DNA of 64,000 nt from an uncultured Pelagibacteraceae bacterium (GCA_902618555.1 CACNAY010000001.1:3601-67600), one strand, 5' to 3'; shown: positions 9,190-19,563, numbered from the stretch's first letter. Numbers and translations: made by a program. The notes: generated from the letters alone by a model not told the origin.

Positions 9190-10214
9190 TTAAAATAATT
9201 CCTAATCTTTTTATTATTTTTCAACCAAAAATAAATATCACTTAAAATATCATTTATATTTTTAGATGGTGACCATTTATAATATTTGAAAATTTTTTTA
9301 TTATCAGTCACGTAGTATGGTATATCAAAAATAGAGGTGTACGCGATTTTTTTGATATTGATTTTGTTCTTAGTTAATATTTGACATTTTTTTGTTAAAT
9401 TTTTTAGTGATATAGAATTTCTAGGGCCCCCACCAATATTAAAAGTTTCATTATTGATCTTGTCCAATTTTTGAATTTGAATGTGTACAATATTACAAAC
9501 ATCATCAATGTGAAGCACATCTCTTACTTGATTTCCGTAACCACCAAAACCTATATACGAAAGTTTTTTTCTTAGCAGATGTTTAGCAATCCATAAAGAA
9601 ACAAATCCCTGATCCTGCTTTCCAAATTGCCATGGGCCAGCAATGACTCCAAATCTGTTAATAATATATTTCAAATTCGTTCCAAAAAATATTTCTTTGA
9701 TAAGTTTTTCTGATGCCAACTTAGTAAAACCATATAGTGAGCTAGCTGACTCAATACTAAATTTTTCATCAATTTTTTTATTTATTTTTAAAGGTTTAAT
9801 TATTTTGATCGATTTCGTAAGATTTCTTAATTTATCAATAGCATAAACTCTACTGGATGATAAAAAAATTATATTTGTTTTATCTTTCAAGCACTTCTTA
9901 AGTATATTAAAAGTTCCAACTAAATTAGTATTGAAAACTCTATCAGGTTCTTTTTTTGAAGCTTCAATAGCTGGTTCTGCACAACAGTCGATTATAAGAT
10001 TGAATTTAGGTAACTTTTTAAATTTATCGTATTTTTCGATACTAAATTTATAATTTTTAATCTTATAATTTTTTAGTCTATATTTATTTAATCTAGATCC
10101 TTTACGAACAAGATTATCAAGGCTTGATATTTGAGCATTTCTCAATTTTTTTTTTAAATAAATCGCTATATTTGAACCAACGAAGCCACATCCACCTGTA
10201 ATAAGTATTTTCAT
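9186..10214 (-). CDS. NAD-dependent epimerase/dehydratase (CDP-tyvelose epimerase-like paralog)
   Basis: TGGCGFVG, SSSRVY, catalytic YGFTK and GNQVRDVLH. Confidence 0.88.
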   Translation of the reverse strand: MKILITGGCGFVGSNIAIYLKKKLRNAQISSLDNLVRKGSRLNKYRLKNYKIKNYKFSIEKYDKFKKLPKFNLIIDCCAEPAIEASKKEPDRVFNTNLVGTFNILKKCLKDKTNIIFLSSSRVYAIDKLRNLTKSIKIIKPLKINKKIDEKFSIESASSLYGFTKLASEKLIKEIFFGTNLKYIINRFGVIAGPWQFGKQDQGFVSLWIAKHLLRKKLSYIGFGGYGNQVRDVLHIDDVCNIVHIQIQKLDKINNETFNIGGGPRNSISLKNLTKKCQILTKNKINIKKIAYTSIFDIPYYVTDNKKIFKYYKWSPSKNINDILSDIYFWLKNNKKIRNYFK

Positions 10215-10257
10215 TGTAAAGTAAATATCTTACTAATGTATAAAAATAAACTAACTT

Positions 10258-10971
10258 ATGCTTTCGATAATAGTACCAGTAAGAAATGAATCAAATATAA
10301 TTAATGAGATTTTTGACTATTTTTTAAGCAATCTCAAAGATATTAAATATGAAGTGTTAATTATAAACGATTTTAGCGATGATGATACTTTCGATAAGTG
10401 TAAAAAACTTGTTAGTGAGACTGAAAATTTTAGAATTTTTGATAACAAAAAAAAAGGACTTGGAGGAGCATTAAACCTTGGAATTAATGAGGCCAAAGGA
10501 GATTACATTTCAATAATGATGGCAGATCTATCAGATGATATTGAAGATTTGAAAAGATATAATAAGCTTATGCAACAAGACAATTTTGATGCAATCCTCG
10601 GCTCAAGATTTATGAGAGACTCTAAAGTAACAGGGTATCCTATCCAGAAGCTTATTTTGAACAGGATATTTAACTTTTTCGTGAGTATAGTATTTTTAAA
10701 TAAGTATAACGACTATACTAATGCTTTCAAAATGTACAAAAAGAAAACTTTAGTTGAAATAATGCCTTTAATTTCTGAGAGTTTTAATATATTTTTAGAA
10801 ATCCCATTAAAAATTATTTCGAGAAATTACAGATATAAAATAATCAGTATAAATTGGAATGGACGAAAAAAAGGAGAGTCCAAGTTTAAAATTAAAGAAC
10901 TGGGTGCCAAGTACTTATTTACGTTAATTTATTGTTTTATAGAAAAAAACTTATTGAATATTAAAAAATGA
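10258..10971 (+). CDS. GT2 polyprenol-phosphate glycosyltransferase (DPM1/ArnC-like)
   Basis: SIIVPVRNE, INDFSDD, MMADLSD, GSRF, DYTNAFKMY and RKKGESK. Confidence 0.88.
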   Translation: MLSIIVPVRNESNIINEIFDYFLSNLKDIKYEVLIINDFSDDDTFDKCKKLVSETENFRIFDNKKKGLGGALNLGINEAKGDYISIMMADLSDDIEDLKRYNKLMQQDNFDAILGSRFMRDSKVTGYPIQKLILNRIFNFFVSIVFLNKYNDYTNAFKMYKKKTLVEIMPLISESFNIFLEIPLKIISRNYRYKIISINWNGRKKGESKFKIKELGAKYLFTLIYCFIEKNLLNIKK

Positions 10972-11063
10972 AAAATTTGTTAAATATATCTTTACAAAGA
11001 TCAGTAATACTTTTTTTTATCATTGTTTTCGTTATTCTATTAGGACTTAGTTTTCTCTTATAA
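10968..11063 (+). CDS. Putative 31-aa single-TM peptide (or truncated membrane-protein gene)
   Basis: ATGA overlap with the GT2 stop; MKNLLNISLQRSVILFFIIVFVILLGLSFLL; stop overlaps the end of uppP. Confidence 0.4.
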   Translation: MKNLLNISLQRSVILFFIIVFVILLGLSFLL

Positions 11064-11816
11064 ATAGGCAAGATATAAAAGAACAACCCCTAATAAAATT
11101 CTATAAAAAACAAAAATATCCAAATTAAATTTTTTTATATATCTTAAAAAGTACTTTATGGTTATAAATGAAAAAAAGAATGATAATAAAATCGATGCTA
11201 TGTTCAACATAGCAAAATTTAAACTTCCAGAAGTAATAATATTTTTAATACCAAAAAAGGAGACAGCTCCTAAAATAGGTATTGATAGTAAAAATGTAAT
11301 TTTGGCAGCATCAACTCTCTTGAATTTTAATAATCTAGCTGCAGTGATAGCTATTCCAGATCTACTTACTCCAGGTATTAATGAAAAAATCTGTAATATA
11401 CTTATAAAAAATACTGATTTAAAATTAAAGTCGCTAAAAATATTTTTTTTCAATTCAAACCTATCACTAAAGTAAAGCAATAAACCAAAAATTATTGTTG
11501 TCCATGCTATAATCTCAATATCTCTGAGTTTATCGATATAACCCGTCGTTGCTAAAAGATATCCAATAGTCATTACAGGAAGTGATGCTAATAAAATTTT
11601 TAAGAAAAGAATTTTATTTTCATAAAAATTAAATATGTCTTTTTTGAAATAAGTTAAAACTGCAATAAACGATCCTATATGTAAACTCACATCGATAGAG
11701 AGACTTTGGTTTTCAAATTGTAAGTATTCAGATACTACTATAAGATGTGAGGAAGAGCTTATTGGTAAAAACTCTGTTATCCCTTGGACAACTGATAAGA
11801 TTAATACTTCTATCAT
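11058..11816 (-). CDS. uppP: Undecaprenyl-diphosphate phosphatase (BacA)
   Basis: QGITEFLPISSSSHL and PGVSRSG motifs. Confidence 0.95.
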   Translation of the reverse strand: MIEVLILSVVQGITEFLPISSSSHLIVVSEYLQFENQSLSIDVSLHIGSFIAVLTYFKKDIFNFYENKILFLKILLASLPVMTIGYLLATTGYIDKLRDIEIIAWTTIIFGLLLYFSDRFELKKNIFSDFNFKSVFFISILQIFSLIPGVSRSGIAITAARLLKFKRVDAAKITFLLSIPILGAVSFFGIKNIITSGSLNFAMLNIASILLSFFFSFITIKYFLRYIKKFNLDIFVFYRILLGVVLLYLAYL

Positions 11817-11863
11817 TTTAAAAAATTAAAATTAAAGGTTGTTTTTTTATTGGCAACATTAAA

Positions 11864-11880
11864 TGCATATCAGGTATGCA
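11864..11880. promoter_or_regulatory. Palindromic candidate operator between uppP and gltD
   Basis: TGCATA-TCAGG-TATGCA is a perfect inverted repeat in the divergent spacer. Confidence 0.4.
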
Positions 11881-11980
11881 ATAAAAGACACTAACTATAT
11901 GAGTTTTTTGTTATTTAGGTAATTAATATTGACCTTTAAAAACTATCAATTGTTGGCTTATTATCTTATTTAACTACGTC

Positions 11981-13426
11981 ATGACAAAAAAAATGCTTAA
12001 ATTTGTAGACTTAAAACAAGAGACACCTGAAAAAAGGGGCACGGAAAATCGGAAGGGTGATTTCAATGAAATTTATAAAGAGTTTATTACCAATAAAGCT
12101 TCCGAGCAGTCAAGCAGATGTTCTCAGTGCGGGGTACCATTTTGTCAAATACATTGTCCTTTAAGTAACAATATTCCTGATTGGTTAAAGCTAACTGCAG
12201 AAGGTAGACTTAAAGAAGCATACGAGATTTCTCAAAGTACAAATAATATGCCCGAAGTTTGTGGAAGAATCTGTCCTCAAGATAGATTATGTGAAGGTAA
12301 TTGTGTTATTGAACAATCAGGTCACGGAACTGTAACTATTGGATCCGTTGAAAAATATATCAACGACACTGCTTGGGAACAGGGTTGGGTAAAACCAATT
12401 AAAGTAAAAAAAGAACAAAAGCAATCTATTGGAATAATTGGAGCTGGCCCAGCTGGCATGGCTTGCGCGGAAGAATTAAGGAAATCCGGTTATCAAGTTA
12501 CAATTTATGATAGATACGATAGACCAGGTGGTCTTTTAATTTATGGTATACCTAACTTTAAACTTGAAAAATTTGTTGTTGAAAGAAGAACAAAACTTTT
12601 AAAAGATGGCGGCATAAAATTTGTTCAAAATTTTGAAGTAGGAAAAGATAAAACTCTATATGAGTTAAAAAAGAATCATGATGCAATTTTAATTGCTACA
12701 GGTGTTTATAAAGCTAGGGAAATTGATATACCAGGTCACAATCTTAAAAATATTTTTCCAGCGATGGATTTTCTAACTGCATCAAATAGAAAAGGGCTAG
12801 GTGACAAAGTAGAATTATTTGATAACGGTACACTTAATGCTCAAGGCAAAGATGTTGTTGTTATTGGCGGAGGTGATACTGCGATGGACTGCGTGAGGAC
12901 ATCAGTAAGGCAAAAAGCTAAGTCAGTTAAATGTTTATACCGAAGAGATAGAGAAAATATGCCAGGATCCGCCCGAGAAGTTGGTAATGCAATAGAGGAA
13001 GGAGTTGATTTTGTTTGGTTGACTAGCCCTAAAAAGTTTATCGGAAATACAAAAGTTGAGGCTGTTGAAGTAAATAAAATGAAACTTGGTGAACCAGACT
13101 CAACTGGCAGAAGAAGACCTGAGATACAGGTCGGATCAGAATATAAAGTGAAAGCAGATCTTGTGATAAAATCTTTAGGATTTGACCCTGAAGATTTACC
13201 AAAATTGTTTAATGCAAAAGAACTTGTAATTTCTCAATGGGGAACAATAAAAATTGATCTTAAAACAATGCAAACAAATTTAGATGGGGTGTTTGCCGCT
13301 GGTGATATTGTTAGAGGAGCTTCATTGGTTGTTTGGGCTATTAGAGATGGTAGGGATGCAGCAATTGAAATAGAAAAGTATTTAAAAACAAAAATTAACA
13401 AAAGCAAATCTTCAGAGGCAGCTTAA
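11981..13426 (+). CDS. gltD: Glutamate synthase small subunit
   Basis: CSQCGVPFCQIHCP and CGRICPQDRLCEGNC Fe-S motifs, GAGPAG, GGGDTAMDC. Confidence 0.97.
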   Translation: MTKKMLKFVDLKQETPEKRGTENRKGDFNEIYKEFITNKASEQSSRCSQCGVPFCQIHCPLSNNIPDWLKLTAEGRLKEAYEISQSTNNMPEVCGRICPQDRLCEGNCVIEQSGHGTVTIGSVEKYINDTAWEQGWVKPIKVKKEQKQSIGIIGAGPAGMACAEELRKSGYQVTIYDRYDRPGGLLIYGIPNFKLEKFVVERRTKLLKDGGIKFVQNFEVGKDKTLYELKKNHDAILIATGVYKAREIDIPGHNLKNIFPAMDFLTASNRKGLGDKVELFDNGTLNAQGKDVVVIGGGDTAMDCVRTSVRQKAKSVKCLYRRDRENMPGSAREVGNAIEEGVDFVWLTSPKKFIGNTKVEAVEVNKMKLGEPDSTGRRRPEIQVGSEYKVKADLVIKSLGFDPEDLPKLFNAKELVISQWGTIKIDLKTMQTNLDGVFAAGDIVRGASLVVWAIRDGRDAAIEIEKYLKTKINKSKSSEAA

Positions 13427-16400
13427 ATGAATAATTACAAAAAAAATAAAGCACTTTTAGAAAAAACTCATAATTATTCTCCAGAAATGGAGCACGATGC
13501 ATGTGGAGTAGGTTTAATTGCTTCAACTAATGGAAAAAAGTCTAGAAAAGTTGTTGAATATGGAATTGAAGCCTTAAAAGCAATTTGGCACAGAGGTGCT
13601 GTTGATGCAGATGGAAAATCAGGAGATGGAGCGGGTATACAAATTGAGATAGCTCCAGATTTTTTTAAGGAAAAAATTTTAAACACAGGTCACACATTAG
13701 ACGAAGAAAAAAGAATCTGTGTTGGTATGGTTTTTCTTCCAAGAACTGATTATTCTGAACAAGAAAAATGTAGAGAAATTATAGAGTCAGCTTTACTAGC
13801 AGGCGATTATTATATCTATGGGTGGAGGCAAGTCCCAATTAACCCTAGTGTTCTTGGAAAAACTGCCGATCAAAGCCGTCCAGAAATTGCTCAGGTAATG
13901 TTTAAAAAGAATGAAAATTTAAAAACTAATGATCTTGAGAGAGACCTATTTGAAACTCGAAAAAAAATAGAAAAAATAGCGAGAGAAAGTCAATTAAAAG
14001 ACTTTTATATCTGCTCATTTAGCTCCCGATCTATTGTCTATAAAGGGATGTTTTTAGCAGAAATGCTATCAGAGTTTTATCCAGATCTTAATGATGAAAA
14101 GTTAACATCAAGATTCGCTGTTTTCCATCAAAGATATTCAACAAATACTTTTCCGAGTTGGGACCTTGCGCAGCCTTTTAGAACTCTTGCACATAACGGA
14201 GAGATTAATACTTTGAAAGGAAACATAAATTGGATGAAAATTCATGAGCAAGATATGTCTAGTTCATTATTTAAAAATGTAAAAGACTTAAAGCCAGTTA
14301 TTAGAAGTTCATCAGACTCAGGAGCGCTTGATAATGTATTTGAGCTACTAGTTCATTCTGGCAAGCTCGCTCCACTGATAAAACTAATGATGATACCAGA
14401 TGCTTGGTCAAAAAGAAGCAAAACTGTTCCAAAAAACCATCAAGACCTATTTAATTTTTTGAATAGCACTATTGAGCCATGGGATGGACCAGCAGCAATA
14501 TGTGCTACTGACGCAAAGTGGGTTTTGGCATCGTCAGATAGAAATGGACTTAGACCTTTAAGATATACAATAACCTCGGATGATTTATTTTTTGCGGGTT
14601 CTGAAACCGGAATGATAAAAATTCCTGAAGAAAAAATTATAGAAAAAGGAAAGTTAGGTCCAGGTCAAATTATTGCTATTGATTTAAAAAAAGGAAAACT
14701 ATTCAAAGACAAAGCAATAAAAGATTTATTGGCTAAAGACTATAAAAAATACAATAAACAAATAATTGACTTAGAAAAGAAAATTTATAATGAAAACGAG
14801 AAACCTAATTTCACAGGTGAGGATTTAAGAAAGAGACAGTATTTATCAGGACTAAGTATAGAAGATTTGGAGTTAATTCTTCATCCTATGGCCGAGGAGG
14901 GCAAAGAGGCCTCTGGCTCAATGGGAGATGACACACCCGTTGCTGTCTTGTCTAGTCATTATAGGCCAGTTTCACATTATTTTAGACAAAATTTTAGCCA
15001 AGTAACCAATCCTCCAATTGACTCTTTAAGAGAAAATAAAGTGATGAGTTTGAAAACAAGATTTGGAAACCTCGGGAATATTTTAGATTTTGATAATTTA
15101 ACAGAGGAAGATATTTATGTTTTAGATAGTCCTATTTTAACAAACTCACAATTTAAAAAATTTAAAAAATTCTTTTCAAAAAAAACTAAAGTAATTGATT
15201 GTACATTTGATATATCTTCATCTCTGAAAGAAAGAATAGAGGCAATTAGAGAAGAGGCGGAAACATCAGTAAGAGAAGGAAGCACATGTCTAATTTTATC
15301 TGATAAAAATATCAGTAATCAAAAAGCTTCTATTCCAAGTATTTTAGTAGTTGGGGCAGTGCACTCTCATTTAGTTAAGCATGGTTTAAGAGGATATTGT
15401 TCATTAAACGTAGAATGCTCAGACTCTTTGGATACACATTCTTTTGCTGTATTAATTGGCGTCGGTGCAACAACTGTAAATCCTTATCTAGCTATAGACA
15501 GCATTTACCAAAGATTTGAAAAAAAATTGTTTGGTAAATCTGATTTTGAAAGTTGTGTGATCAAATTTAAAAAATCTATAGACGCAGGCTTATTAAAGAT
15601 TATGTCAAAGATGGGAATTTCTGTGATCAGCTCATACAGAGGTGGATGTAATTTTGAAGCCGTAGGGTTAAGCAGAGCAATAGTCTCAGACTATTTTCCT
15701 GGAATGTCATCGAGAATATCTGGCATAGGTGTAATAGGTATCGAAAAAAAAATAAAAGAACTTCATGTGAAATTTAATTCAAAAAATGTTTTTACTTTAC
15801 CAATAGGAGGTCTTTACAGGTATAGAAAAAGTGGTGAAGATCATCAATACCAAGGTAAGTTAATACACTTGCTTCAAAGTGCAGTAGGAAGTGGTTCTTA
15901 TGAACAATATAAAAAGTATTCTTCAGGTATACACAATCTTCCGCCCATAAACATAAGAGATTTACTAGAATTTAAAAAGTCCAAAAAATCTATAAATATT
16001 GACGAAGTAGAACCGTTAGAGGAAATTTTAAAGAGGTTCGGTAGTGGAAGCATGTCACATGGAGCCTTATCAGCCGAAGCTCATGAAACATTGGCCATGG
16101 GCATGAACAGAATTAAGGGAGCTTCTTGTAGCGGCGAGGGAGGAGAAGATTCAAAACGATTTAAAGTTCTACCAAACGGTGACAGCGCAAATTCAAGAGT
16201 GAAGCAGATAGCTTCTGCAAGGTTTGGCGTTACAGTGGACTATCTTAATAACGCGAATGAAATAGAGATCAAAATTGCTCAAGGTGCAAAGCCAGGTGAA
16301 GGTGGACAACTTCCGGGATTCAAGGTGACTGAAGAAATTGCTAGATTAAGACATTCAACTCCTGGAGTAACTTTAATTTCTCCTCCACCTCACCACGACA

Positions 16401-17923
16401 TTTACTCAATTGAAGACTTAGCCCAACTAATTTATGATTTAAAACAAATTAATCCTAAAGCAAGAGTCGGAGTAAAACTTGTTGCCTCAACTGGAATAGG
16501 TACGATCGCAGCAGGAGTAGCAAAAGCGAAAGCAGATATTATTTTGATATCTGGACATTCTGGGGGAACTGGGGCCAGTCCTCAAACAAGCATAAAGTAT
16601 GCGGGTATACCTTGGGAAATGGGTTTAACTGAAGCTAATCAGATCCTTACTTTAAATAATTTAAGACATAATGTTACTCTTAGAACAGACGGAGGTTTAA
16701 AAACAGGTAGAGATGTAGTAATCGCAGCAATGATGGGAGCAGAAGAATATGGTATGGGAACATCTTCTTTAGTTGCAATGGGATGCATAATGGTTAGGCA
16801 ATGTCACTCCAACACATGTCCAGTAGGTGTATGTAGCCAAGATCCATCCTTGAGAGAAAGATTTACTGGTACACCTGAAAAAGTTGAAAATTTATTTAAA
16901 TTTGTTGCAACTGAGGTCAGAGAGATTTTATCTACATTAGGATTTAAGTCTATAAATGAAATTATTGGTCGCACTGATTTATTATCTCAAGTAAACAAAG
17001 GTGCATCAAATTTAGATGATCTAGATTTAAATCCTCTTTTAGTTCAAGCAGATCCAGGTGAAAATTTGAGATATTGCAAGGATAATCACATAAATAAAGT
17101 TCCTGAAACATTAGATGAAAAAATATGGTCAGATATTAAAGATAAGATAAACACGTCAAATAAAAATAATTTTGAATACGAAATCGAGAATACTTCAAGG
17201 TCTGTTGGTACTAGACTTTCTCATCATGTTTATAAAAAATTTGGTAACGAAAAACTAAATGATGAGACAATTAATATTAAATTAATTGGATCAGCCGGTC
17301 AATCTTTAGGAGCATTTTTGACTAAAGGAATATCTATTACAGTTGAAGGTGATTGTAATGATTATGTAGGAAAAGGTTTATCTGGAGGAAAAATAATTGT
17401 CAAATCATCAAGTAAGAGTAGACTGATTGCAGATCAAAATACAATTATCGGTAATACAGTTTTATACGGAGCAACTTCTGGAAAATTATACGCGTCTGGT
17501 CAAGCCGGAGAGAGGTTCGCGGTTAGAAACTCAGGTAGCTCTGCCATTGTCGAAGGCTGCGGTGCTCATGGATGTGAATATATGACAGGAGGAAACGCAA
17601 TTATATTGGGAGCAGTTGGAGATAATTTTGGAGCAGGCATGACAGGGGGAATGGCCTTTATTTACGACGTGAAAAATGAATTCGAAAATTATGCAAATCC
17701 AGCATCGATTATATGGCAGTCAGTTGAAACAGATTATTGGAAAAACTTCTTAAAAGAGAATATTAAAGATTTCGAGACTAAAACTTCCTCTAAAAAAGCA
17801 AAAAGAATACTTGAAAACTTTGAGGCGGAACTTAAAAATTTCAAGCAAGTGTGCCCAATAGAAATGCTTGATAAACTGAACAATCCAATTAGTCTAAGAC
17901 CTCATGTTAAGAAGGCAGGTTAA
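13427..17923 (+). CDS. gltB: Glutamate synthase large subunit
   Basis: HDACGVG Ntn start, HRGA, AQGAKPGEGGQLPG, PPPHHDIYSIEDLAQ and CIMVRQCHSNTCP. Confidence 0.98.
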   Translation: MNNYKKNKALLEKTHNYSPEMEHDACGVGLIASTNGKKSRKVVEYGIEALKAIWHRGAVDADGKSGDGAGIQIEIAPDFFKEKILNTGHTLDEEKRICVGMVFLPRTDYSEQEKCREIIESALLAGDYYIYGWRQVPINPSVLGKTADQSRPEIAQVMFKKNENLKTNDLERDLFETRKKIEKIARESQLKDFYICSFSSRSIVYKGMFLAEMLSEFYPDLNDEKLTSRFAVFHQRYSTNTFPSWDLAQPFRTLAHNGEINTLKGNINWMKIHEQDMSSSLFKNVKDLKPVIRSSSDSGALDNVFELLVHSGKLAPLIKLMMIPDAWSKRSKTVPKNHQDLFNFLNSTIEPWDGPAAICATDAKWVLASSDRNGLRPLRYTITSDDLFFAGSETGMIKIPEEKIIEKGKLGPGQIIAIDLKKGKLFKDKAIKDLLAKDYKKYNKQIIDLEKKIYNENEKPNFTGEDLRKRQYLSGLSIEDLELILHPMAEEGKEASGSMGDDTPVAVLSSHYRPVSHYFRQNFSQVTNPPIDSLRENKVMSLKTRFGNLGNILDFDNLTEEDIYVLDSPILTNSQFKKFKKFFSKKTKVIDCTFDISSSLKERIEAIREEAETSVREGSTCLILSDKNISNQKASIPSILVVGAVHSHLVKHGLRGYCSLNVECSDSLDTHSFAVLIGVGATTVNPYLAIDSIYQRFEKKLFGKSDFESCVIKFKKSIDAGLLKIMSKMGISVISSYRGGCNFEAVGLSRAIVSDYFPGMSSRISGIGVIGIEKKIKELHVKFNSKNVFTLPIGGLYRYRKSGEDHQYQGKLIHLLQSAVGSGSYEQYKKYSSGIHNLPPINIRDLLEFKKSKKSINIDEVEPLEEILKRFGSGSMSHGALSAEAHETLAMGMNRIKGASCSGEGGEDSKRFKVLPNGDSANSRVKQIASARFGVTVDYLNNANEIEIKIAQGAKPGEGGQLPGFKVTEEIARLRHSTPGVTLISPPPHHDIYSIEDLAQLIYDLKQINPKARVGVKLVASTGIGTIAAGVAKAKADIILISGHSGGTGASPQTSIKYAGIPWEMGLTEANQILTLNNLRHNVTLRTDGGLKTGRDVVIAAMMGAEEYGMGTSSLVAMGCIMVRQCHSNTCPVGVCSQDPSLRERFTGTPEKVENLFKFVATEVREILSTLGFKSINEIIGRTDLLSQVNKGASNLDDLDLNPLLVQADPGENLRYCKDNHINKVPETLDEKIWSDIKDKINTSNKNNFEYEIENTSRSVGTRLSHHVYKKFGNEKLNDETINIKLIGSAGQSLGAFLTKGISITVEGDCNDYVGKGLSGGKIIVKSSSKSRLIADQNTIIGNTVLYGATSGKLYASGQAGERFAVRNSGSSAIVEGCGAHGCEYMTGGNAIILGAVGDNFGAGMTGGMAFIYDVKNEFENYANPASIIWQSVETDYWKNFLKENIKDFETKTSSKKAKRILENFEAELKNFKQVCPIEMLDKLNNPISLRPHVKKAG

Positions 17924-18801
17924 TGAGTAAAATAAATATCTTTTGCTTTGGTTTTGGCCAAGTAGCAGAATGTTTTATTAACAAATTAATTCAAGAAAAA
18001 AAAGATTTTGACTTAAGTATTACTTCTAGACAAGAAACCCATAAATTAGAGTTTAATAATTTTAAAATAACATCATATCACTTTACTAATGAAAATTTTG
18101 ATAACTCTATTATTAAAAAATTAGAGGAAGCAAATTATATTCTGATTTCCATTCCACCAATTGAAGGCAAAGATATAGTCGCTAATTACTTTGAAAAGAG
18201 TCTTAAAAATATACCTAATTGCAAATGGATAACTTATTTATCTGCGACTAGTGTTTATGGAGATCACAAAGGTGAATGGGTAAATGAAAATAGCACAACG
18301 AAACCAACTTCTTCCAATGGGTCAAGTAGACTAGCAGCAGAAAATACGTGGAAAAAATTATCAAACAAAAATAAATACCCTTTACAAATTTTTAGATTAG
18401 CTGGAATATACTCTAATGAGTTTAACGTTTTAAAAAGATTGCAAAAAGGTAAATTACAAATCGTAGATAAAAAAAATCATTTTTTTTCAAGAATTCATGT
18501 TGAGGATATAGCTAATATTTTATTCAAATCTCTTAACAATTTTAAGAATAATGAAATTTACAATATTTCTGACGATAAACCTGCTTCGCAGAGAGAGGTA
18601 GCAGCTTATGGTGCAAAATTACTTAATCTGGAAAATCCGAATACAGTGAAAATCGAAGAAGTCGAAAGCGAGATGTTGCAAAACTTTTATAAAGATTCTA
18701 AAAAAGTAGATAATAAAAAGATGAAAGCCTTTTTTAAATATAATTTGAAATTTCCAACATATGTTGAAGGGTTAGATTATATCTTTAATAATAATCTCTA
18801 A
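17923..18801 (+). CDS. Atypical SDR / NAD-dependent epimerase family protein
   Basis: CFGFGQVA, YLSATSVYGDH, RLAGIY, FSRIHVEDIA and FPTYVEGL. Confidence 0.85.
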   Translation: MSKINIFCFGFGQVAECFINKLIQEKKDFDLSITSRQETHKLEFNNFKITSYHFTNENFDNSIIKKLEEANYILISIPPIEGKDIVANYFEKSLKNIPNCKWITYLSATSVYGDHKGEWVNENSTTKPTSSNGSSRLAAENTWKKLSNKNKYPLQIFRLAGIYSNEFNVLKRLQKGKLQIVDKKNHFFSRIHVEDIANILFKSLNNFKNNEIYNISDDKPASQREVAAYGAKLLNLENPNTVKIEEVESEMLQNFYKDSKKVDNKKMKAFFKYNLKFPTYVEGLDYIFNNNL

Positions 18802-19527
18802 TTCTTTACTAATTCTTTTTAAGGACCTTTTATTAGATAAGCTATGATCACCGTTTTTAATAATTACTTTTTTCTTTTTGGCTTTTTTAAATATTTTCAA
18901 AACATACTTTGAGTATATAGTTGGGACAACCTCATCTTTTTGTCCATGAATCATTGTTACTTTTATATTTGCATTAATTTTTTTATTTAAAACCTTATTT
19001 TTTTTACCATCTTTTATTAATTGTAAAGTTATTGGATATTCATAACCCCCATTCTTGATCAAAATTTTCCCTGTTTTAAGTAATTCTCTTTTTGTTTTTT
19101 TAGGAAATTTATCCCACATTAATCTTTTCAAAAACTCTGGAGCTGGACCTATTCCAATGAATCCTTTAATTTGAGACTTAAAATAATTAAATTGATTTAA
19201 TGCTATCCATGCTCCCATACTTGAGCCAACTAAGATAAAATTATTTTTTTTAACAAGCTTTTTTATTACGGTCTTAGCATCCTTTGACCAAACACTTATG
19301 TTCCCTTGAGTAAAAATACCTGAAGATTTTCCATGACCGGAGTATTCTAAACTTAAAAAACCCAATTTGTTCTTTTTTGCGAATTTTAAAAGAGTTTGAG
19401 GTTTTTCACCTTCTATATCAGACATAAAACCAGGAAGAAAAATTATATATAGCTTCTTTCTAAAATAATTGTCTATATATCTAAGCTTTTTGGTATTCGA
19501 AATTTTTAGATACTTAAATTTTTTCAT
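18772..19527 (-). CDS. Alpha/beta hydrolase (ABHD10-like)
   Basis: PGFMSDIEGEK, YSGHGKS, nucleophile motif GSSMG, HGQKDEVVP and GDHSLS. Confidence 0.88.
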   Translation of the reverse strand: MKKFKYLKISNTKKLRYIDNYFRKKLYIIFLPGFMSDIEGEKPQTLLKFAKKNKLGFLSLEYSGHGKSSGIFTQGNISVWSKDAKTVIKKLVKKNNFILVGSSMGAWIALNQFNYFKSQIKGFIGIGPAPEFLKRLMWDKFPKKTKRELLKTGKILIKNGGYEYPITLQLIKDGKKNKVLNKKINANIKVTMIHGQKDEVVPTIYSKYVLKIFKKAKKKKVIIKNGDHSLSNKRSLKRISKELEIIIKDII

Positions 19528-19563
19528 ATAACGATTAAATAATTGTTATTATATATAAAGAAG

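Noticed and set aside
11850-11868. Sigma54 promoter TGGCAAC...ATGCA upstream of gltD
   Set aside because: The GG to GC spacing is 11 nt rather than the required 10.
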